DNA of 64,000 nucleotides from an uncultured candidatus Porisulfidus sp. (GCA_965116025.1 OZ220480.1:1696001-1760000); one strand, 5' to 3'. Counted from the first letter of the stretch, positions 29,692-40,438 are shown. Translations and numbers: made by a program. Notes: generated by a model not told the origin, from the letters alone.

Positions 29692-30467
29692 GTCTCCTCT
29701 CTCACCTCGCGAGCGGAAGCGCAAATGGGACAACGCTCGTCCGCCACTAGTTCCACGGTCCTCCATCGCGCCTTGGTCGCGTCGTAAAGCGACAGTTGGT
29801 TGTACAGCGGCTCTCCCACGGACAACAAGCACTTGACCGCCTCGACCGCTTGGACGCTGGCGACGGCCCCCGCGACTGGCCCCAGCACGCCGGTCTCGGA
29901 ACATCTTTCCTCCGGAATCGGCTCGGTTCCGAACAGGCATTGGTAGCAAGCGTCTTCTTTTTGCCGGTTGCGAAAGACCGCCACCTGCCCCTCCATCCGA
30001 ATCACGGCCCCGGAAACCAATGTCGTTCCGGATTCGACGCAAGCCTGATTGATAGCTAAGCGGGTCTCGAAATTGTCCGTCGCGTCTACGACCAGGTCGG
30101 CTACCCGGACTCGCTCTCGAAGAGGATCGCCTCTCAGATATTCGGTGGCGATGTCCACTCGAACTTCTGGATTCAAATTTTCCACGATCCGGCGCGCCTC
30201 CTCAGTCTTTGCTCGACCTAGGCTGGATGTGCCGTACAGGATTTGGCGTTGAAGGTTTTCCAACTCCACAAGGTCGGGGTCAGCGAGCGTCAAGCGCCCT
30301 ACTCCGCACGCCGCCAGATACATGGCGAGTGGAGATCCCAGCCCTCCCAGACCGACCAGCAGGACATGGGACTGGAGCAGAAGGCATTGTCCTTCAATGC
30401 CAATCTCCGGCAAGACGATTTGCCGGTTGTAGCGCAGGAGTTGCGGGTCGCCGAGTTCCGCACCCAT
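29685..30467 (-). CDS. moeB: Molybdopterin-synthase adenylyltransferase (MoeB/ThiF family)
   Basis: [45 protein letters not shown]; Moco gene context. Confidence 0.85.
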   Translation of the reverse strand: MGAELGDPQLLRYNRQIVLPEIGIEGQCLLLQSHVLLVGLGGLGSPLAMYLAACGVGRLTLADPDLVELENLQRQILYGTSSLGRAKTEEARRIVENLNPEVRVDIATEYLRGDPLRERVRVADLVVDATDNFETRLAINQACVESGTTLVSGAVIRMEGQVAVFRNRQKEDACYQCLFGTEPIPEERCSETGVLGPVAGAVASVQAVEAVKCLLSVGEPLYNQLSLYDATKARWRTVELVADERCPICASAREVREETC

Positions 30468-30473
30468 GGCGGT

Positions 30474-30788
30474 TCAGGATTCCCGCTTCGTCTTTCCCCT
30501 GGCCTCGAACGCGGCCTTTTGCTCCGGGGTGGCTTCTTTCTGATATCGGGCCTTCCACTCGGCATACGGCATGCCGTAAACGATTTCCCTGGCCGCTTCG
30601 TAATCCAGTGATATTCCCCGCTCCTCGGCCGCGGCGACGTACCATTTGGAGAGGCAATTCCGGCAGAAGTCCGCCAGGACCATCAGGTCGATGTTTTGGA
30701 CGTCGGTCTTGCTTCTCAGGTGATCCACGAGACGACGGTGGACGGCTGCCTCGATCGCTTCGCGCTGACTTTCAGGAATTTCTGGCAT
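30474..30788 (-). CDS. DUF1244 family protein
   Basis: IEAAVHRRLVDHLR..DVQNIDLMVLADFCRNCLSKWY...YGMPYAEWKARYQ. Confidence 0.85.
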   Translation of the reverse strand: MPEIPESQREAIEAAVHRRLVDHLRSKTDVQNIDLMVLADFCRNCLSKWYVAAAEERGISLDYEAAREIVYGMPYAEWKARYQKEATPEQKAAFEARGKTKRES

Positions 30789-30878
30789 GGCGTTACGCGC
30801 TTGGTTCTTGACGATGTTCAGTATACCCCGCGTTCCCTTAAAATAGGCGGATATCAGCATGGCGCGTCAAGAACACGC

Positions 30879-31463
30879 ATGTCCGCACTACCAGTCAAGC
30901 CTTCCCCGCTCACCGGCATGATTCTCGCTGGCGGCAAGGCGCGGCGCATGGGAGGGCTGGACAAGGGGCTGGCTCTTTATCAGGGACGGGCGCTCATAGC
31001 GCGCGTTCTGGACCGTCTCAAGCCGCAAGTGGACTCCGTGTTGATCAACGCTAACCGTAGCCGCGACCAGTACGCGAAGTTCGGCTATCCCGTGATCGCG
31101 GATGCGGAGAGCGGTTTTTTAGGGCCGCTCGCTGGCATGCTCGCGGGATTGCGCGCCACTCGGACGGATCTGTTGCTATGCGTTCCCTGCGACAGTCCTA
31201 AGCTCAGTTTGGAATTGGCGGCCCGATTGGGCGCGCCTCTCGCTCGAGAGACGACCCGAATCGCCGTCGCGAGTTGCGATGGGCGCCTGCAACCGGTCTT
31301 CGCGGTCCTTCACTCTGGACTCGCGGACGATCTGGAAGGCTTTTTGCGCGATGGCGGGCGCAAGATCGATGAATTTTACAGCGCGCAAGGGTTCGAGGAA
31401 ATCCCTTTTGACGATCCCGATGCATTTCGGAACATCAATACCCACGAGGAGCTGATATCCTGA
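30879..31463 (+). CDS. mobA: Molybdenum cofactor guanylyltransferase
   Basis: ILAGGKARRMGGLDKG, INANR, GPLAG, VPCDSP, FRNINT. Confidence 0.93.
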   Translation: MSALPVKPSPLTGMILAGGKARRMGGLDKGLALYQGRALIARVLDRLKPQVDSVLINANRSRDQYAKFGYPVIADAESGFLGPLAGMLAGLRATRTDLLLCVPCDSPKLSLELAARLGAPLARETTRIAVASCDGRLQPVFAVLHSGLADDLEGFLRDGGRKIDEFYSAQGFEEIPFDDPDAFRNINTHEELIS

Positions 31464-31984
31464 TGAATGCTGCCGGATCTCCCGTCCTGCTCGGCTTCGC
31501 GGCTTTCAGTGGAACCGGGAAGACCGAGCTCCTGAGCCGATTGATTCCGATCTTGACGGACCAAGGGTCGCGCGTCGGCATGATCAAGCATGCTCACCAC
31601 GCGTTCGACGTGGACCAGCCGGGGAAAGACAGCTACCGTCTCCGCAAGGCCGGGGCCCGGGAGATGTTGATTTCCTCGGGTCGCCGCTGGGCCTTGATGC
31701 ACGAGCTTGGCGAGGACGAGGAGGAGATGAGCCTCGCGCGACTGTTACCAAAACTGGACGCGGAATCGCTCGACTTGATTTTGGTGGAGGGTTTCAAGCG
31801 CGAGGCGTTTCCAAAAATCGAACTCTGCCGCCCAGATCTCGGGCATCCGTATTTATATCCGAACGATCCCGATATCATCGCTTTGGCGACCGACGCGCCC
31901 GCGCCGCCAAAACTCGCGTTGCCGCACCTCGACTTGAACGACGCCGTCGCTATCGCGGCCTTCATTCGGGCCTTGCCACGATGA
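31463..31984 (+). CDS. mobB: Molybdopterin-guanine dinucleotide biosynthesis protein B
   Basis: AFSGTGKT, IKHAHHAFDVDQPGKDSYRLRKAGA, LVEGFK. Confidence 0.93.
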   Translation: MNAAGSPVLLGFAAFSGTGKTELLSRLIPILTDQGSRVGMIKHAHHAFDVDQPGKDSYRLRKAGAREMLISSGRRWALMHELGEDEEEMSLARLLPKLDAESLDLILVEGFKREAFPKIELCRPDLGHPYLYPNDPDIIALATDAPAPPKLALPHLDLNDAVAIAAFIRALPR

Positions 31985-32261
31985 TGAAGGGTTGGCTTCA
32001 CGCTCGATTTCTGGAATTTCTGAGGCTTGAGGCCATCTGCTGGAGTTCGAATCATCGGCGCGGAAGGCTGGCGAGAGAATCGTTCTGGGCGGCTTCTTAT
32101 ATGCCCACCAACTTCGCCCGTGCGCGCTTTTCGGAAGGCGTTCGAATTTCAAGCGTTGGAACCTTTCGGAGGAGCGTGGGCACGGTGCGTGTAAAATAAC
32201 TCCATACTCCAAGAGTTCGCGCGCGCTGAAGGCGCGCGAGAAGCGTCAGATAGAAAGATTC

Positions 32262-33548
32262 ATGCCCGAGCGAAAAATAAAACTGGTCAACGGCGGGAAA
32301 GAAATCGAACTGCCGATCGCCGAATCCACCGAAGGACCAGCGGCGGTCAGCATCAGCAACTTGTACAAAAAACGGGGATATTTCTCGCTTGATCCCGGCT
32401 TCGTCTCCACGGCGAGCTGCCGAAGCCAAATCACCTATATCGACGGAGATCTGGGCTTGTTGCGTTACCGGGGGTATCCCATCGAGCAGCTCGCGGAGTT
32501 TGGAAGTCATATCGAGGCTGCCTATCTGTTGCTCATGGGCGAATTGCCGACACGTGATCAGTTGGAGAAATTTTCTAGGGAAATCAAGTCGGAAACGAAA
32601 ATTCCCGATGGGGCATGGGAGCTAGCGCGGGCGTTTCGGAGCGATGCTCACCCGATGGCGATGCTGATGGGCGGATTGGCCCATCTGGCCGCGGTCTACC
32701 ATTCCGATATGGATGTCTTCGACGAGGAATACCGCCAGCGCATGGCGCGGCGGCTGATCGCGCAGGTCCCGGTCTTGGCGGCGATCGGGTATCGCGTCCG
32801 GACCGGTCAAACCCTTGTCGAGCCGAACCCGGATCTCGATTTCACGTCCAATTTCCTGCGCATGCTGTTCCGAGAGGATCCGGATCCTCTTTTCTCGCAT
32901 GCCCTGGATGTCTTGCTTCTCCTGCACGCCGATCATGAGCAGAACGCCTCTACCTCCACGGTGCGTCTTTCCGGGAGTTCCGAGACTAGTCCGGTGGCCG
33001 CCATCACCGCGGGCGTGGCGACGCTGTGGGGGCCTTCGCATGGCGGGGCTAACGAAGCGGTGATCCGAATGCTAAAGGAAATCCACGACTCCGGGATATC
33101 GGTAGAGAAGTACGTCGAGCAGACCAAGAGCAAGAAAAGCCATGTCCGCTTGATGGGCTTCGGGCATCGGGTCTACAAAAACTACGATCCGCGCGCTAAG
33201 CTGATTCAGAAAATTTGCTACGACCTGCTCGAGAAGCGTGGAAAAGACAATCCGAACTGCCCGCTTCTGGAGACCGCCATGGCTTTGGAGAAGACGGCCC
33301 TGAGCGATGAGTACTTCATCACTCGCAAACTGTACCCGAACGTGGATTTCTATTCAGGCATCATTCTCAAGACCATGGGGATCCCGCTGGACATGTTCAC
33401 AGTGATCTTCGCCACGGCCCGGACCGCGGGCTGGGTCGCGCACTGGGCCGAGATGATGGCGGACGATCAGTTCCGGATTGGCCGCCCGCGTCAACTCTAT
33501 ACGGGGCGGACCGAGCGAGACTACGTCGCGCTGGATCAGCGCGGCTGA
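32262..33548 (+). CDS. gltA: Citrate synthase
   Basis: DPGFVSTASC, YRGYPIEQLA, HADHEQNASTSTVR, LWGPSHGGANE, MGFGHRVYKNYDPRA, YPNVDFYSG. Confidence 0.96.
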   Translation: MPERKIKLVNGGKEIELPIAESTEGPAAVSISNLYKKRGYFSLDPGFVSTASCRSQITYIDGDLGLLRYRGYPIEQLAEFGSHIEAAYLLLMGELPTRDQLEKFSREIKSETKIPDGAWELARAFRSDAHPMAMLMGGLAHLAAVYHSDMDVFDEEYRQRMARRLIAQVPVLAAIGYRVRTGQTLVEPNPDLDFTSNFLRMLFREDPDPLFSHALDVLLLLHADHEQNASTSTVRLSGSSETSPVAAITAGVATLWGPSHGGANEAVIRMLKEIHDSGISVEKYVEQTKSKKSHVRLMGFGHRVYKNYDPRAKLIQKICYDLLEKRGKDNPNCPLLETAMALEKTALSDEYFITRKLYPNVDFYSGIILKTMGIPLDMFTVIFATARTAGWVAHWAEMMADDQFRIGRPRQLYTGRTERDYVALDQRG

Positions 33549-33556
33549 TTCTAGGC

Positions 33557-34705
33557 TCAGGCCGCGAAAAACTCGCGCGCGACGGGAGAGAAGCGCTCCG
33601 CGTCGACCAGAAACGAATCGTGCCCTTGGATGGAAGGGAGCGCGACGAGCTCGGCGTCTCGCCCAGCCTTGCGCAGGCCGGTGACGATTTCCCGTTGCTG
33701 CTCCAGCGGGAAAAGGATATCGCTCTCCACGCCGATCACTAGAGTTCGACGCGCTTGGATCAGAGCCAGTCCCGCGTTGACCGTACCGCCATGCTCGGCG
33801 ACATCGAACAGGTCCATCGCCCGCGAGAGATAGAGATAGCTGTTCGCGTCGAACGCGTCGACGAACTTTCGCGCGTTGTGCTCCAGATAGGATTCGACCT
33901 CGAACTCGATGCCGAACATCTCGTCCGAAGCGCGGTGCGCGGGTATTCGGGCCCGATTGAAACGCTGCCGCCACTCTTGGGCGGCCCGATACGACATCAG
34001 TCCCAGCTTGCGCGCCAGTCGCATGCCGCAAAGCGGCTCGGCGTCCAATTCGTAATGGCCCTCCTTCCAGTTCGGGTCGCAGCGAATGATTTCGCGCTGA
34101 AGCGACCGGACCGCTATCGTGAACGGCAAAGCCCTGCAGGCGGCCGAAATCACTAGGAGATGGTCCAGCTCGTCCGGATACTGCAGGGCGTAAGCCAGCG
34201 CAGACATGCCGCCCATGGAAGGCCCGACGACGGTGTGGACGTGGTCCACGCCCAACTCGCGCATAGCATGGTGTCCCGCCTTCGCGATATCCTCAATCGA
34301 CAACTCTGGAAACTCTCCGCCGTAGGGCTCGCCAGTCGCCGGGTTGGTCGACGAGGGGCCAGTCGAGCCGAAGCAACTGCCTAGGGAATTGACGCAGACG
34401 ACGAAGAAGCGGTCCGTGTCGATCGCCTTGCCTGGCCCGACCATGTATTCCCACCACCCCGCGGCATCGTCTTCCTCACTAGAGGCCGCATGCGCGGTTG
34501 GGGACAGTCCGGTGAAGATCAGCACCGCGTTATCTTGGTCGCGCGACAAGGCGCCCCAGGTTTCATAGCCAACTTGGACCCGAGTCAAACGTCCGCCGCG
34601 ACGCATCACGAAATCGCCTTGCCCATAATCCCCTGGCAGATCAATGATCCGGGTCGCTGAGGGCACCCGGTTATGCGGGCAGGGCTGGAAGTCTGGATGG
34701 GTCAT
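33557..34705 (-). CDS. metX: MetX-family O-acyltransferase (homoserine or, more likely, serine O-acetyl/succinyltransferase)
   Basis: YETWG, TGLSPTAHAAS, GWWEYMVGPG, GPSMGGM, FDANSYLY, SDILFP, GHDSFL. Confidence 0.85.
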   Translation of the reverse strand: MTHPDFQPCPHNRVPSATRIIDLPGDYGQGDFVMRRGGRLTRVQVGYETWGALSRDQDNAVLIFTGLSPTAHAASSEEDDAAGWWEYMVGPGKAIDTDRFFVVCVNSLGSCFGSTGPSSTNPATGEPYGGEFPELSIEDIAKAGHHAMRELGVDHVHTVVGPSMGGMSALAYALQYPDELDHLLVISAACRALPFTIAVRSLQREIIRCDPNWKEGHYELDAEPLCGMRLARKLGLMSYRAAQEWRQRFNRARIPAHRASDEMFGIEFEVESYLEHNARKFVDAFDANSYLYLSRAMDLFDVAEHGGTVNAGLALIQARRTLVIGVESDILFPLEQQREIVTGLRKAGRDAELVALPSIQGHDSFLVDAERFSPVAREFFAA

Positions 34706-34755
34706 GTCCTAGGGATTTCCGACGAGAGACGTGACGCGGTTACGGCCACGACGGA

Positions 34756-35004
34756 TCAGCCACGATTCGGCGAGCTCGCGCGGATTTTTCTGGCAACGGC
34801 CTCCATATCCTCGTCTGGAGCTAACCGCGCTTCCAGAAACATTTCCTGAAGTTTCGGATCCGCGCATTCCAGAAGGCGAGCGAATGCCACTCGCTCGGTG
34901 GGAGGAGCCTTGGGGTATTCGTGGTCCAGATACCGCGTCAGCATGAGATCCAACTCCCGGGTTCCGCGGCGGCAACGCCAGCGCAACCGGTCCAGCTCCG
35001 ACAT
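34756..35004 (-). CDS. sdhE: FAD assembly factor SdhE
   Basis: RLRWRCRRGTRELDLML (RGxxE motif); follows sdhB. Confidence 0.92.
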   Translation of the reverse strand: MSELDRLRWRCRRGTRELDLMLTRYLDHEYPKAPPTERVAFARLLECADPKLQEMFLEARLAPDEDMEAVARKIRASSPNRG

Positions 35005-35005
35005 G

Positions 35006-35788
35006 TCAAGACTTGCGCAGAGCCACCATCTTCTTGATGTTGGCGATGGCTCGGGCCGGGTTCAGCCCCTTGGGACAGGTCTGGGTGCAGTTCATGATCG
35101 TATGGCAACGATACAGTTTGAAGGAATCCTCCAGAAACTCAAGTCGCTCGGCCGTCGCGTGGTCGCGGCTGTCCGCGAGCCATCGCCATGCGTGCAGCAG
35201 GGCCGCCGGTCCCAGGTATTTGTCCGGATTCCACCAGTAGCTTGGACAACTGGTGGAGCAGCACGCGCACAGGATGCATTCTTCCAGCCCGTCGAGTTCC
35301 GCCCGGTCTTCCTTGCGTTGCGGTCGCTCGCGTTCCGGCTCGTCCCCACCGTTCTTCAACCACGGCTCCACGGCGGCATGCTGCCGGTAAAATCCCGAAA
35401 GATCCGTTACCAGATCCCGGACTACCGGCATATGGGGCAAGGGATAGATCCGGATTTCCCCCTTGAACTGATCGATTCCGCAAGTGCAAGCCAAGGTGTT
35501 TTGGCCATTGATGTTCATGGAGCAGGAACCGCAGATTCCCTCGCGGCAGGAGCGGCGAAAGGATAAGGTCGGGTCAATCTCGTTCTTGATCTTGATGAGC
35601 GCGTCGAGGACCATCGGTCCGCATCGATCCAGGTCCACTTCGTAACTGTCCAACCTCGGATTCTCTCCCGTGTCGGGCTCGTAGCGATAGATCTGGAAGG
35701 CTCGCGCGTCGCTCGCGTCCGGTGACGCGGCATGCCGGACGCCTCGCTTGCGAACCGTCGCGTTAGCTGGAAGAGTGAATTGGGCCAT
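35006..35788 (-). CDS. sdhB: Succinate dehydrogenase iron-sulfur subunit
   Basis: [46 protein letters not shown]. Confidence 0.96.
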   Translation of the reverse strand: MAQFTLPANATVRKRGVRHAASPDASDARAFQIYRYEPDTGENPRLDSYEVDLDRCGPMVLDALIKIKNEIDPTLSFRRSCREGICGSCSMNINGQNTLACTCGIDQFKGEIRIYPLPHMPVVRDLVTDLSGFYRQHAAVEPWLKNGGDEPERERPQRKEDRAELDGLEECILCACCSTSCPSYWWNPDKYLGPAALLHAWRWLADSRDHATAERLEFLEDSFKLYRCHTIMNCTQTCPKGLNPARAIANIKKMVALRKS

Positions 35789-35942
35789 GGTCCGATTGAT
35801 TTCGGAGATCCGGGAAATCTCGCTTGGCGCTTTCGCTTATCCTTTAACGTGGCCAAAGCCTCGCGTTTGATTCATTGGGGGGTCCGTTTGGACGGAGACG
35901 GAACCGACACGGCATTTCGCTCGGATAATGTGATAGCATTGG

Positions 35943-35948
35943 ATTATA
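35943..35948 (-). promoter_or_regulatory. Possible -10 element (TATAAT) for sdhB-sdhE
   Basis: Perfect TATAAT on the minus strand, about 155 nt upstream of the sdhB ATG, in an AT-rich patch. Confidence 0.4.
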
Positions 35949-36077
35949 TACGAAAGCGTGGGCTGGCCTCAAATGAGCCTGATGAGCATGCACTTTCATA
36001 GTGGGAATGGCGTGACGCGGAAGCTTGGCGCATGCGCGATAGCGATTCCCGGCTCGTGGACGCATGGAGGCGCCCAC

Positions 36078-37580
36078 ATGGACCCACGCGATGACTGGGC
36101 GACGAGTCGGGCCGAACGGCCACGAAAATTGGGATTCGCGCGAACGAGGCATATCCCTAACGGGAACGCTCTGCTTCCCACTCTGGTCATCGCCGCGCTC
36201 TTGGCGCTGACCGCTTGCGGAGGAGGTGGAGGCGGAGGTTCCGGAACCGCCACGAACACCCCCACCGACCTTCCGAGCAATCCTCCCTCGGCTCCTCCCG
36301 ATCCACCCGCCCGGAATCTCTCCACGAACGTCCCGGCCTCTCGAAGCGTCGCGGCTCCCATTCTCCCAAATCCCGCCGATGCCGCGCTGGCACCCATCAT
36401 TCGATTCTCCAACGCGACCCTCGTCGGCGCCATGCCACCTCCCAAACGAAGCGACCTCGGTCAGTTGGTCGTCACCCACGCCACCACCGCCATCCGCTAC
36501 GGAAGAATTAGTGACGGACTTGGCGCCCAGGCGATGTTCGACTACATGAGCGCGGCCTTTCGAGGCAGACCCTTCCGCCAGCCTCCGGTCGTGCGTTTCG
36601 TCGAAGGCACCACGTCCGCGCAGGCCGCCGAGATCGTCCGCGCCGTGCAGCTTATCAACGGCAATCTTCCGAGAAACTTCCAACTCACCATCAACCCAAC
36701 TCCTATTTCCGCGGCGGATGATGCGGCTAACGAGGAGCGCTGGACTTTGGGGCGCAATCAGATCCTCGTCGAATATGATCGCCGTGAGAACTGGAGAAGC
36801 GGCAAGAACGATGACGATGCCGTCGGTCTGGAAGTCACTTGGGTAAGTAGTAGGGGAGCGACCGTCGCTTCCCGAGTCTGGGTCGACCCTACGCGCATCA
36901 CCGATTCCTCGCGCATAGCGGTGCTCATGCATGAACTTCTGCACTCCCTAGATTTCAGGCATACGACATTCGAGACCATTCTGAACTACGATTGGATATA
37001 TCGGCCCAACGGATACGTGATGTATCAACGTGATCGGGAAGCGTTGCTCGCGGCTTACGGCCCGAGCGGAATCGCGTCCGCTCTCGGTCCTTGGGAGGAC
37101 GAGTCGATCCATGCGCGCGGAGACCTTGGAAATCTCGCTTTCGGAGCCTCCTCGCGCAATGGCCTCGTTCGGTCTTGGGCGTTCGGACCTCCTCCCTCCG
37201 CCAATTTAGCCGACAACGCGTCGCTTTCCGGCAGCGTCAGCTGGAGCGGTCGCCTCCTCGGACTCACGCCAGAGGATGACAAAACCGTGGCGGCCGCCGC
37301 TGGGTTGACCGTCGACCTCGCGAGTCTGCGCGGCGATCTCGATTTCACAAGGATGGAATACTGGGTTGGCAGACCCGGCGCTCTCGGCACTGGCGCGATG
37401 TGGGGCGATGGAGATCTGGACTATGACATAGAAGTCCGGGGAAACGGCTTTTCTCGCCGGGCTGGCGCGGGGAGTGACGAGGGAATCATCACGGGGAGAT
37501 TTTTCGGCGACTCCCATCAAGGCATGGGTGGCACGCTCGTTCGCGATGACCTGTCCGCCGGATTCGCCGGCATGCGCTGA
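36078..37580 (+). CDS. Surface lipoprotein with a zinc-metalloprotease-like domain and a C-terminal TbpB-like beta-barrel
   Basis: GGAGG RBS then ATG 36078; lipobox LALTAC followed by a Gly/Pro-rich tether; HELLHSLDFRH; C-terminus GRFFGDSHQGMGGTL...AGFAGMR. Confidence 0.7.
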   Translation: MDPRDDWATSRAERPRKLGFARTRHIPNGNALLPTLVIAALLALTACGGGGGGGSGTATNTPTDLPSNPPSAPPDPPARNLSTNVPASRSVAAPILPNPADAALAPIIRFSNATLVGAMPPPKRSDLGQLVVTHATTAIRYGRISDGLGAQAMFDYMSAAFRGRPFRQPPVVRFVEGTTSAQAAEIVRAVQLINGNLPRNFQLTINPTPISAADDAANEERWTLGRNQILVEYDRRENWRSGKNDDDAVGLEVTWVSSRGATVASRVWVDPTRITDSSRIAVLMHELLHSLDFRHTTFETILNYDWIYRPNGYVMYQRDREALLAAYGPSGIASALGPWEDESIHARGDLGNLAFGASSRNGLVRSWAFGPPPSANLADNASLSGSVSWSGRLLGLTPEDDKTVAAAAGLTVDLASLRGDLDFTRMEYWVGRPGALGTGAMWGDGDLDYDIEVRGNGFSRRAGAGSDEGIITGRFFGDSHQGMGGTLVRDDLSAGFAGMR

Positions 37581-37671
37581 GCGGAACCGCGAATGGCGGA
37601 ACTGGTCCGTTCGCCGCTCGCCTCGAGCTTCCAGCGACTCGGTCGACCGGTTTGGATCTACGACAAGTCGA

Positions 37672-39462
37672 TCAGTAGACTCGGGCTTTCGGTGGAATCA
37701 CTTCCACCTCATCGTCCAGGGCGCGCATGCGGACATCCCGATAATCGATTCGACACGCCCCCTGCCCATCGATCCAGCAGACCGTGTGCTTCATCCATTC
37801 GTCGTCGTTCCGCTCCGGATAGTCTTCCCGGGCATGAGCGCCTCGGCTCTCTAGCCTATTGAGCGCTGATTCCAACGTCACCACCCCCTGTTGCAGGAGG
37901 TTGCGCAACTCCAGGGTCTCGACCAGATCGGTGTTCCAGATCATGGAACGATCACTGACGCGGATATCGCCAATGGCGCGCTCCGCGTCTCGAACCTGCT
38001 CCAGCCCTTCCCGCAAGGTCTCGCCCGTCCGGAACACCGCCGCATGTTTCTGCATGACGCGCTGAAGCTGGGAGCGAAGCTCCGCTGTCGGAGTTTCACC
38101 TTTCGCATGGCGGAATCCGTCGAACTGATCCAGGATTCGCTCAATCGACGACCGGGGAGCTTCCGGATGCGCCGCTCCCGCACGGATCAACTCGGTGGCG
38201 CGCATGGCCGCCGCCCGTCCGAACACCACTAGATCCAGCAGGGAGTTGGATCCTAGACGGTTGGCACCATGCACGGAAACGCAGGCCGCCTCTCCGATCG
38301 CCATCAGTCCGGGCACCACCGCGTCCGGGTTCCCGTTCCGAATCGTCACGACTTCGCCATGATAATTGGTCGGGATGCCACCCATGGTGTAGTGCACGGT
38401 CGGCAGGACCGGAATCGCCTCGCGGGTCACGTCGACCCCGGCGAAGATACGCGCCGACTCCGCGATGCCGGGCAAGCGCTCCTGAATGACATCGGCGCCC
38501 AAGTGCTCCAAGTGCAGATGGATGTGATCCGCTTCGGTTCCGCAACCGCGTCCCTCGTTGATCTCGATGGTCATTGAGCGGCTTACCACGTCGCGAGAAG
38601 CCAGGTCCTTGGCGTTTGGGGCATACCGTTCCATGAAGCGCTCTCCGGCACTGTTAGTCAGATAGCCGCCCTCCCCTCGGACGCCTTCCGTAATCAAGCA
38701 TCCGGCGCCGTAAATGCCCGTGGGGTGAAACTGCACGAATTCCATGTCCTGCAGAGGCAGGCCCGCGCGTTGCGCCATGCCGTTGCCGTCGCCCGTGCAT
38801 GTGTGCGCGGAGGTGCAGGAGAAATAGGCGCGTCCATAGCCCCCTGTCGCCAGCAGAACCGTATGGGCGTGAAAATGATGTAGCTCCCCGGTCGCCAAAT
38901 CCCATGCGAGAACTCCGCAACATCGGCCCGCATCGTCCATGACTAGGTCGATAGCGAAATATTCGATGAAAAACTCGGCCTGGTGCTTGAGGGATTGCTG
39001 GTACAGGGTATGCAGGATAGAGTGACCGGTGCGGTCGGCGGCGGCGCAGGTGCGTTGCGCGACCCCCTCTCCAAAATGGGTCGTCATGCCCCCGAAGGGA
39101 CGTTGGTAGATCTTTCCATCATCCGTGCGGGAGAATGGGACGCCGTAATGCTCCAGCTCGATAATTGCCGGAATCGCCTCGCGACACATGTACTGGATGG
39201 CGTCCTGATCACCCAACCAGTCCGACCCTTTAACCGTGTCGTACATGTGCCAGCGCCAGTCGTCCGGACCCATGTTCCCGAGCGCGGCGCTGACTCCGCC
39301 TTGCGCGGCCACCGTATGGCTTCGGGTGGGAAACACCTTGGTGACGCAGGCGGTCGACAAGCCTTTCGCCACCATGCCCAGAGTCGCTCGCAAGCCCGCC
39401 CCGCCGGCGCCGACGACCACGACGTCGTGGTGATGCTCAATCAATTTGTACGCGGTAGTCAT
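37672..39462 (-). CDS. sdhA: Succinate dehydrogenase flavoprotein subunit
   Basis: [60 protein letters not shown]. Confidence 0.97.
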   Translation of the reverse strand: MTTAYKLIEHHHDVVVVGAGGAGLRATLGMVAKGLSTACVTKVFPTRSHTVAAQGGVSAALGNMGPDDWRWHMYDTVKGSDWLGDQDAIQYMCREAIPAIIELEHYGVPFSRTDDGKIYQRPFGGMTTHFGEGVAQRTCAAADRTGHSILHTLYQQSLKHQAEFFIEYFAIDLVMDDAGRCCGVLAWDLATGELHHFHAHTVLLATGGYGRAYFSCTSAHTCTGDGNGMAQRAGLPLQDMEFVQFHPTGIYGAGCLITEGVRGEGGYLTNSAGERFMERYAPNAKDLASRDVVSRSMTIEINEGRGCGTEADHIHLHLEHLGADVIQERLPGIAESARIFAGVDVTREAIPVLPTVHYTMGGIPTNYHGEVVTIRNGNPDAVVPGLMAIGEAACVSVHGANRLGSNSLLDLVVFGRAAAMRATELIRAGAAHPEAPRSSIERILDQFDGFRHAKGETPTAELRSQLQRVMQKHAAVFRTGETLREGLEQVRDAERAIGDIRVSDRSMIWNTDLVETLELRNLLQQGVVTLESALNRLESRGAHAREDYPERNDDEWMKHTVCWIDGQGACRIDYRDVRMRALDDEVEVIPPKARVY

Positions 39463-39797
39463 AGCGAAAAACGCGACAGGCCCGCGAAGGCGGCGACAAG
39501 AGCGAGAAGCAGAACTCCCCGAACGACCCAGTGAATCATCCGGTTGCGGGACGGATCGCTGACATAGTCGTCGACGATGACCTCAAGTCCGAGCTTGGAA
39601 TGATAGAGCGACATCAAGAAAAACAGGCCGAGCCAGAGAGTCGTATCGGCGCGACCGAGCCAACGCTCGAAATCGCTCCACTCTGACAAGTCTAGTCCGC
39701 CCAGCTCTCGAATAAGCCAAATTGACAGAGGAATTAACGCGATCGAAGTCGCGCGCTCCAGCCACCAATGCCGCCGCGCTCGACCGGATCCGCTCAT
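39459..39797 (-). CDS. sdhD: Succinate dehydrogenase membrane anchor subunit
   Basis: [24 protein letters not shown]. Confidence 0.9.
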   Translation of the reverse strand: MSGSGRARRHWWLERATSIALIPLSIWLIRELGGLDLSEWSDFERWLGRADTTLWLGLFFLMSLYHSKLGLEVIVDDYVSDPSRNRMIHWVVRGVLLLALVAAFAGLSRFSL

Positions 39798-40171
39798 ATT
39801 CGGATCCATGCCCAGATGATGGCCGTCAACGCGACGGAACCTGCGAGAATCATCCAGTTGCTCGCCCGCACCAATGGCATGCCGAGGCCCACGCCAGCGT
39901 CCCAGACCAAATGCCGAATTCCGGTGCATAGGTGGAACGCCAGCGCGAAGGTCCAAGCGATCAGAAACGCCTGTCCAAACGGGTGCCGCAATCCGTCTAT
40001 CATGGTCTGCCCGACGGAAGGCGCGTAGACCGCCGTCGCGATCAGGAATGCCAAAATCACCGTGGCGGCCGACAGCAAAACTCCGGTGACGCGGTGACTG
40101 ATCGAAAGTAATGCCGCCAGCGGCAGGCGGTAGATCTGCAGATGAGGCGATAGAGGGCGCTCGGACGACAT
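39794..40171 (-). CDS. sdhC: Succinate dehydrogenase cytochrome b556 subunit
   Basis: RPLSPHLQIY, SISHRVTG, HLCTGIRHLVWD. Confidence 0.95.
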   Translation of the reverse strand: MSSERPLSPHLQIYRLPLAALLSISHRVTGVLLSAATVILAFLIATAVYAPSVGQTMIDGLRHPFGQAFLIAWTFALAFHLCTGIRHLVWDAGVGLGMPLVRASNWMILAGSVALTAIIWAWIRI

Positions 40172-40362
40172 TTCGCGGGAATTCAGGGCTGGAAGCCGTG
40201 GACAACTATGGGATCAGGCTATTATGCCAAATTCGTCGCGCCGCGGAATTTGTGGCCGCGGTCAATCCGTAGGTTTCTGGTCGCGGCGAGAAACGCCCAC
40301 AAGGGAGGTTGAGCGAAACGTTCTCATCAAGCGCCAAAACCGAGGCGGTTCGCGGACGGGAT

Positions 40363-40438
<76 letters not shown>

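Noticed and set aside
40203-40231. TTATGCCAAAT resembling a XerD arm (second dif site)
   Set aside because: No XerC arm at the right spacing; better explained as a TGgCATAAT extended -10 for sdhC on the minus strand.
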